From IMG/VR virus record IMGVR_UViG_3300018429_000006, positions 1-53,170 of that record: a DNA stretch of 53,170 nt, one strand, 5' to 3'. Both the position numbers and the translations under genes were made by a program. Positions 49,476 through 53,170 of the stretch are shown piece by piece (position 1 is the stretch's first letter; every line of letters begins with the position of its first letter). The DNA is from a virus. Its lineage: Duplodnaviria; Caudoviricetes. The notes beneath the pieces are model-generated. The model did no database searches and was not told the origin of the DNA. It was given only the letters and a program-made list of their open reading frames with translations.

Positions 49476-49618
49476 TCATATCGAAGCGCAGTAACGGGAT
49501 ACTTCAATGGAAACCCTAGGTCGTAGGTTCAAATCCTGCTCCCCCGACTCATCGGGGGGATAGCTCAGTCTGGTAGAGCGAGAGTAAATAGCACCCGGTA
49601 CGTCCTTTCTCGATATGA
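49476..49618 (+). ncRNA. yrlA: Y RNA 7, YrlA-like (circularly permuted tRNA mimic)
   Basis: TCATATCGA/TCGATATGA and GTAACGGG/CCCGGTAC stems. T arm GTAGG-TTCAAAT-CCTGC, TCCCCCGA-CTCA-TCGGGGGG, canonical D arm TAGCTCAGTCTGGTAGAGC. Confidence 0.88.
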
Positions 49619-49622
49619 GTAT

Positions 49623-49696
49623 GGCACCTTAGCTCAGTAGGACAGAGCGCTAGATTGAAACCCTAGAGGTCATCGGTTCGAATCCGATAGGTGCCA
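49623..49696 (+). tRNA. tRNA-Phe(GAA)
   Basis: GGCACCT/AGGTGCC, loop TT-GAA-AC. Confidence 0.88.
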
Positions 49697-49697
49697 C

Positions 49698-49768
49698 TCC
49701 CCTGTAGTGTAACGGCAGCACTAGAGATTTTGGCTCTCTCAGCCTAGGTTCGAATCCCAGTGGGGGAT
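49698..49768 (+). tRNA. tRNA-Gln(TTG)
   Basis: TCCCCTG/TGGGGGA, loop TT-TTG-GC. Confidence 0.88.
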
Positions 49769-49812
49769 CTATGGTATAATGATAGAGTTACGTAACAACA
49801 CTAGGAGTAAAA

Positions 49813-49989
49813 ATGGCTAATCCAGCTACCAACAAGGTGTCAGAAGACACTCTCTTCACCCAGCAGGGCGCTCTTCCAACAGAGGTGTCCGAAAACGAAC
49901 GCATCAACATTCAGGACCTGTCCACAGGCGAAGTTGAAGCTACTGAGAACTCGGAAAACAAGCGTATTGCGACCGTAGTCTACCCGTAA
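49813..49989 (+). CDS. 58-aa acidic protein in its own transcription unit
   Basis: TGGTATAAT (49772-80), AGGAG RBS, MANPATNKVSEDTLFTQQGALPTEVSENERINIQDLSTGEVEATENSENKRIATVVYP, then a terminator. Confidence 0.75.
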   Translation: MANPATNKVSEDTLFTQQGALPTEVSENERINIQDLSTGEVEATENSENKRIATVVYP

Positions 49990-50000
49990 TCTTACCGATT

Positions 50001-50038
50001 GAGGGGCCGACTACCACATGTAGTCGGCCCCTTTTTTC
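50001..50038 (+). terminator. intrinsic terminator
   Basis: GAGGGGCCGACTAC-CACAT-GTAGTCGGCCCCTT followed by a T run. Confidence 0.88.
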
Positions 50039-50040
50039 AT

Positions 50041-50112
50041 TCCGATGTAGGGTAATGGTATCCCGTCTGATTCTGGATCAGGAGATTCTAGGTTCGAGTC
50101 CTAGCGTCGGAG
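50041..50112 (+). tRNA. tRNA-Gln(CTG)
   Basis: TCCGATG/CGTCGGA, loop TT-CTG-GA. Confidence 0.88.
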
Positions 50113-50124
50113 CGCAGTAATAAG

Positions 50125-50197
50125 GGTCGCTTAGCTCAGCAGGTAGAGCGCCACTCTGATAAGGTGGATGTCGTGGGTTCAAGTCCCACAGTGGCCA
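50125..50197 (+). tRNA. tRNA-Ile(GAT)
   Basis: GGTCGCT/AGTGGCC, loop CT-GAT-AA. Confidence 0.9.
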
Positions 50198-50227
50198 CGC
50201 AATATCTCAACGACGAAAGGAAACACA

Positions 50228-50413
50228 ATGGACGCACTTGGTCTCGTACTAGCAGTTGTAGTTGGAGTTTTCTTTCTAGCTGTGGTATCGTTTATAGTGT
50301 TCGTGGCAGTACAGGTCTTCAAGATCCGACGACGCATCAAGAAAAATCAGACTGATTTTGATCGACGCTTCGTCAAGGACTTTGACCGCAAGCCACCACG
50401 TTCATATAAGTAG
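50228..50413 (+). CDS. small membrane protein (61 aa)
   Basis: GAAAGG RBS, long hydrophobic helix followed by a basic tail. Confidence 0.7.
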   Translation: MDALGLVLAVVVGVFFLAVVSFIVFVAVQVFKIRRRIKKNQTDFDRRFVKDFDRKPPRSYK

Positions 50414-50431
50414 TATTAGTAGTGTAATTTA

Positions 50432-50503
50432 GCCCTCATCGTATAGTGGTAAATATCTCGGACCTTCACTCCGAAGACTGGAGTTCGAATCCCCATGGGG
50501 GTA
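50432..50503 (+). tRNA. tRNA-Glu(TTC), atypical (C33)
   Basis: GCCCTCA/TGGGGGT, TCGGA-CCTTCAC-TCCGA. Confidence 0.8.
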
Positions 50504-50521
50504 CGCATAGGAAGTGGAAAG

Positions 50522-51148
50522 ATGACCGTAGGTGTTTACGCGTTCTTCGATCAGGACGGTAACTGCCTCTACGTAGGACAGTCCGGTGATATCGAGGGAC
50601 GGCACAAGCAACACATTAATCAACTCCGTGGAGGCTATCATAGACGATCAGACTTCAATGAATGGTTTTCTTCTCACGGAGAATCCAAGTTGTCGTTCAA
50701 GTTGCTGGAGAAATGTTCCAATGATGTTGACTCTAGGAATTACCTAGAGATCGAGTATTTTAACCAACTAAACCCCATGTTCTATGGCCAAATCCCCTCC
50801 ATGAGTAATAGATTTGAGCACTCAGATGAGACTCGTACTCGGATCGCTGAGTCAGTTAGAAAACGTCTGGAAGATCTAGGAGTGTATGAAACTCGGAAAT
50901 GTCCTTGTGGAAGCGAATTTACAGCCTTGGTAAGGAGAACGACTAAGTACTGCTCTAGAAAATGTGTAGTGGATGACCGAAAATCCGTTCTCGACTGCAC
51001 CACTGTTTATGATCTGTATATGTCTGGTTTGACACTTACCCAAGTAGGAGATATACTTGGAGTAAGCTACAGAACAGTCCATAGCTTCATGGTAAAGCAC
51101 AACATACCTAGACGAGCTAGTGGACCGAAAGCAAATTTGCCCCTATAG
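50522..51148 (+). CDS. free-standing GIY-YIG homing endonuclease
   Basis: GVYAF...LYVGQS...R..QH...E; HSDETRTRIAES (NUMOD3-like); CPCG...YCSRKC; C-terminal HTH. More AT-rich than its neighbours. Confidence 0.88.
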   Translation: MTVGVYAFFDQDGNCLYVGQSGDIEGRHKQHINQLRGGYHRRSDFNEWFSSHGESKLSFKLLEKCSNDVDSRNYLEIEYFNQLNPMFYGQIPSMSNRFEHSDETRTRIAESVRKRLEDLGVYETRKCPCGSEFTALVRRTTKYCSRKCVVDDRKSVLDCTTVYDLYMSGLTLTQVGDILGVSYRTVHSFMVKHNIPRRASGPKANLPL

Positions 51149-51209
51149 TATATTGGCAGTACGACAGATTCTCAATCTGTTAGGACGGGATCGATACCCG
51201 TTAGGGGTA
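51139..51209 (+). tRNA. tRNA-Glu(CTC)
   Basis: GCCCCTA/TAGGGGT, loop TT-CTC-AA, T loop ATCGATA. Confidence 0.82.
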
Positions 51210-51211
51210 CT

Positions 51212-51279
51212 GAATGTCTGGGAAGGAACCGGAAAACCGATACAGTCTTAGGATCGGCGCGACGGGAGTTCAGACATTC
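51212..51279 (+). ncRNA. orphan structured RNA between tRNAs
   Basis: GAATGTCTGGG/TTCAGACATTC closing stem, with inner CCG/CGG and CCGAT/ATCGG stems separated by purine-rich internal loops. Confidence 0.45.
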
Positions 51280-51282
51280 TCT

Positions 51283-51368
51283 GGAAGGTCCAGCCGAGGG
51301 ATGGCGACGGCAACTGATTTGAAACCAGTTTGGGGAAACCCGTAGGAGTTCGATCCTCCTACCTTCCG
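51283..51368 (+). tRNA. tRNA-Ser(TGA)
   Basis: GGAAGGT/ACCTTCC, loop TT-TGA-AA, variable arm, G discriminator. Confidence 0.82.
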
Positions 51369-51441
51369 CTCGTGTTGGTCGAAATTCGCGTAATCGACTA
51401 GGGTAGCAACCTGTGTATGTGCACTCTCACAAATAGCTTAT

Positions 51442-51524
51442 GGAGAGTAACCCTGTGAGGTTCAGGTCACGCTTGGAAAGCGTGTAGTGGTGAAAGCCAT
51501 GGGATTCGAGTTCTCTGCTCTCCG
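51442..51524 (+). tRNA. tRNA-Ser(GGA)
   Basis: GGAGAGT/GCTCTCC, CACGC-TTGGAAA-GCGTG, variable arm GTGGT-GAAA-GCCAT. D and T arms are divergent. Confidence 0.75.
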
Positions 51525-51596
51525 CTTGAGTTGTACATCGTCACATACTTTGATAGACTGTGAATGTACTCAACCAATACAAAGAAAAGGGTAGAC

Positions 51597-52559
51597 ATGT
51601 TTATCGAACCAATGCTGGCGTCCACGACTCCTGAGAAGAAGCGTGCCACGCTGTCAGACAAGACCGGCTACGTGCTGGAACCAAAGCACGACGGTATGCG
51701 GGCCATCATCTCCAAGCACAACGGAGAGGTCAAGATCTACAGCCGTGTCGGTCTGGAGTATCAGGAACACCTTCCGGCTCTTGTCGAACAGGCCAGCAAG
51801 CTTCTCGATGGAACTGTCATCGATGGTGAACTCATGGTCGTCAAGTCGTGGGAAGTCATCAATGGTCGTCCGGTAGCTGTAGCAAACTTCAACCAGACCA
51901 TGCGGATCATGGGTTCCGGCCCGGAGAAGGCAATCGCCCGTCAGGAACAGCACGAGATTGAGTTCTGTGCTTTTGACCTGATCAAGCTCGATGGTCGCTC
52001 GATGGAAGGCAGCACGTACCTAACCCGTACCACTGCCTTGTCAGTGGTTCTGGAAAAGCTGAATGCCCCGTCCATCTTCAAGAACGCGATCATCGATCAG
52101 TGGGATGATTCCGTGATCGATGAACTATGGGAAGCTGGTATTGAGGGCGCGATCCTGAAGCAGATTGGCTCCGAGTACATTGCTGGCAAGCGACGTGCAA
52201 ACACTTGGTACAAGGTCAAGGCCGAACTCACCGCTGATGTGGTCCTCATGGGCTTCACGGACGCCAAGGAAGGCAAGACAGGCAAATGGCTGGGAAAGGT
52301 AGGGGCACTAGTTTTCGGTGCCTACAATGACCAGCAGGAGCTTGTGGAGGTCGGCCAGTGCTCGGGCATGAACGACGCAGAGCGTGACCGTTGGACCGCA
52401 ATCCGCGACTCGGGAGACACGTCCGAACGAGTCATCGAAGTGAAGTACAATGATCTGGTTGGTTCCGGTACGTTCGGAACACCACGCCATCCTCAGTTCA
52501 AGATCGAGCGGATCGACAAGAACCCCGCTGACTGCACCATGGAGCAATTCAAGCTGTAG
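51597..52559 (+). CDS. ATP-dependent DNA ligase (compact, adenylation + OB domain)
   Basis: EPKHDGMR (KxDG), YSR, IDGEL, FCAFDL, EGAILK, WYKVK, IEVKY, PRHP.F..R.DK. Alternative start at 51564. Confidence 0.92.
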   Translation: MFIEPMLASTTPEKKRATLSDKTGYVLEPKHDGMRAIISKHNGEVKIYSRVGLEYQEHLPALVEQASKLLDGTVIDGELMVVKSWEVINGRPVAVANFNQTMRIMGSGPEKAIARQEQHEIEFCAFDLIKLDGRSMEGSTYLTRTTALSVVLEKLNAPSIFKNAIIDQWDDSVIDELWEAGIEGAILKQIGSEYIAGKRRANTWYKVKAELTADVVLMGFTDAKEGKTGKWLGKVGALVFGAYNDQQELVEVGQCSGMNDAERDRWTAIRDSGDTSERVIEVKYNDLVGSGTFGTPRHPQFKIERIDKNPADCTMEQFKL

Positions 52560-52589
52560 TTGACGCCGCCCCTCAAAAGGTGGTATAAT
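52560..52589 (+). promoter_or_regulatory. sigmaA-type promoter for the distal tRNA cluster
   Basis: TTGACG-N18-TATAAT with TG extension. Confidence 0.8.
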
Positions 52590-52637
52590 AGTAATAACGT
52601 ATCAGGTAGACAGTTCGGGATCTGTTAAAATCCCTTC

Positions 52638-52710
52638 GGTTCTTTAGCTCAGTTGGTAGAGCGCCAGTTTTACATACTGGATGTCGTCAGTTCGACCCTG
52701 ACAGGAACCA
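52638..52710 (+). tRNA. tRNA-Val(TAC)
   Basis: GGTTCTT/AGGAACC, loop TT-TAC-AT. Confidence 0.92.
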
Positions 52711-52736
52711 CTGGAGGTCGTTACGGCATCCAACTT

Positions 52737-52819
52737 GCTCTCGTGGTGGAATGGCAGACACGCCGGTCTCAAAATCCGGTGCCTTGAAAAGCGTGTGGGT
52801 TCAAGTCCCACCGGGAGTA
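52737..52819 (+). tRNA. tRNA-Leu(CAA)
   Basis: GCTCTCG/CGGGAGT, loop CT-CAA-AA, variable arm. Confidence 0.9.
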
Positions 52820-52827
52820 CGTAACAA

Positions 52828-52900
52828 TGGGCCATAGCTCAGCGGGTAGAGCACCGAACTCATAATTCGAGGGTCGCGGGTTCAAGTCCCGCTGGCCCAA
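52828..52900 (+). tRNA. tRNA-Met or Ile2 (CAT)
   Basis: TGGGCCA/TGGCCCA, loop CT-CAT-AA. Lacks the initiator GGG/CCC anticodon stem. Confidence 0.85.
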
Positions 52901-52913
52901 CGCAACACAATAC

Positions 52914-52986
52914 GCCTTTATAGCTCAGCGGATAGAGCGACGGATTACGAATCCGTAGGTCGGGGGTTCGAATCCCTCTAAGGGCA
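52914..52986 (+). tRNA. tRNA-Arg(ACG)
   Basis: GCCTTTA/TAAGGGC, loop TT-ACG-AA. Confidence 0.92.
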
Positions 52987-52988
52987 CT

Positions 52989-53074
52989 GAAACAGGGGCG
53001 GTCAATTGAAAACCCTGAGGCTCATTAAGGGTCCGACATTGCGAACGGAATCCTCTAGTACCTAGCCCTGTTTC
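52989..53074 (+). ncRNA. orphan multibranch structured RNA between tRNA-Arg and tRNA-Ser
   Basis: GAAACAGGG/CCCTGTTTC closing stem, inner ACCCT/AGGGT and CCG/CGG hairpins. Confidence 0.5.
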
Positions 53075-53077
53075 TTT

Positions 53078-53162
53078 GGAACCGTGTCCGAGAGGCCTAT
53101 GGTACAACTTTGCTAAAGTTGTGTGGGTAACACCACCGAGAGTTCGAATCTCTCCGGTTCCG
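53078..53162 (+). tRNA. tRNA-Ser(GCT)
   Basis: GGAACCG/CGGTTCC, loop TT-GCT-AA, variable arm GTGG-GTAACA-CCAC. Confidence 0.9.
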
Positions 53163-53170
53163 CATGGATA

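Noticed and set aside
49508-49522. GAAACCCTAG shared between Y RNA 7 and the neighbouring tRNA-Phe anticodon arm, as evidence of origin by permutation of that tRNA
   Set aside because: Only a 10-nt match, and the remaining arms differ. It is too weak to claim.
46599-49618. Repeated TACTTC/GAAG units with variable inserts next to a Cas4-like gene-bearing genome, considered as a CRISPR array
   Set aside because: There are no identical direct repeats, spacing is irregular, and conservation is structural. The PD-(D/E)XK nuclease lies in a normal phage recombination module.
49110-49618. T-arm and D-arm matches as additional, split or permuted functional tRNA genes
   Set aside because: There is no anticodon arm, the acceptor stem is closed by a loop, and the Y-type base module encloses them. 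They fit YrlA mimics better.
51597-52559. Ligase in the tRNA island as an RNA-repair ligase partnering Ro60
   Set aside because: The motifs and C-terminal OB-domain pattern match ATP-dependent DNA ligases, not RtcB or Rnl.
51212-53074. Orphan RNAs at tRNA 3' ends as HDV-like (theta) ribozymes
   Set aside because: Their 5' ends pair with their 3' ends, and I could not build the nested double pseudoknot or find the L3/J4-2 motifs. This is not formally excluded without a cleavage assay.
46672-53107. Short ORFs overlapping tRNA genes (46672-46863, 49250-49444, 50164-50355, 52644-52835, 52925-53107)
   Set aside because: They are translations of tRNA/ncRNA sequence (e.g. GFEP/GLEP from antisense T arms).

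Overview
This window is part of a large tailed (siphovirus-type) actinobacteriophage genome, with all genes on the + strand. The host group is inferred from the protein families. 1-30.8 kb is the virion module: a 5'-truncated HExxH metallopeptidase-domain protein, head proteins, maturation protease, two capsid proteins, major tail protein, connectors, a frameshifting tail assembly chaperone, tape measure, minor tail proteins and a 2921-aa modular tail fibre. 31-46.5 kb covers replication, recombination and nucleotide metabolism: family A DNA polymerase, RuvC-like resolvase, SNF2 helicase, ThyX, PD-(D/E)XK nuclease, AAA ATPase, SSB-like protein, MazG-like protein, and nrdH-nrdI-nrdE-nrdF interrupted by a frameshifted endonuclease VII gene. 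46.5-53.2 kb is an RNA island with 17 CCA-less tRNA genes, a GIY-YIG endonuclease, an ATP-dependent DNA ligase and a Ro60/TROVE (Rsr) gene. The standout observation is that the Ro60 gene is flanked by SEVEN non-coding RNAs. They share one base module (terminal stem-GAWGYG..stem-TACTTC-[cargo]-AAAC-stem-..KTTCTC-terminal stem) but carry different cargo domains: three circularly permuted tRNA mimics (YrlA-like), one partial non-permuted tRNA mimic, one multi-hairpin non-tRNA domain and two minimal cargo-less forms. This looks like a phage-encoded, modular Ro60/Y-RNA array. Several more structured orphan RNAs lie between the tRNAs. All structures were folded by eye, and no database search was run.
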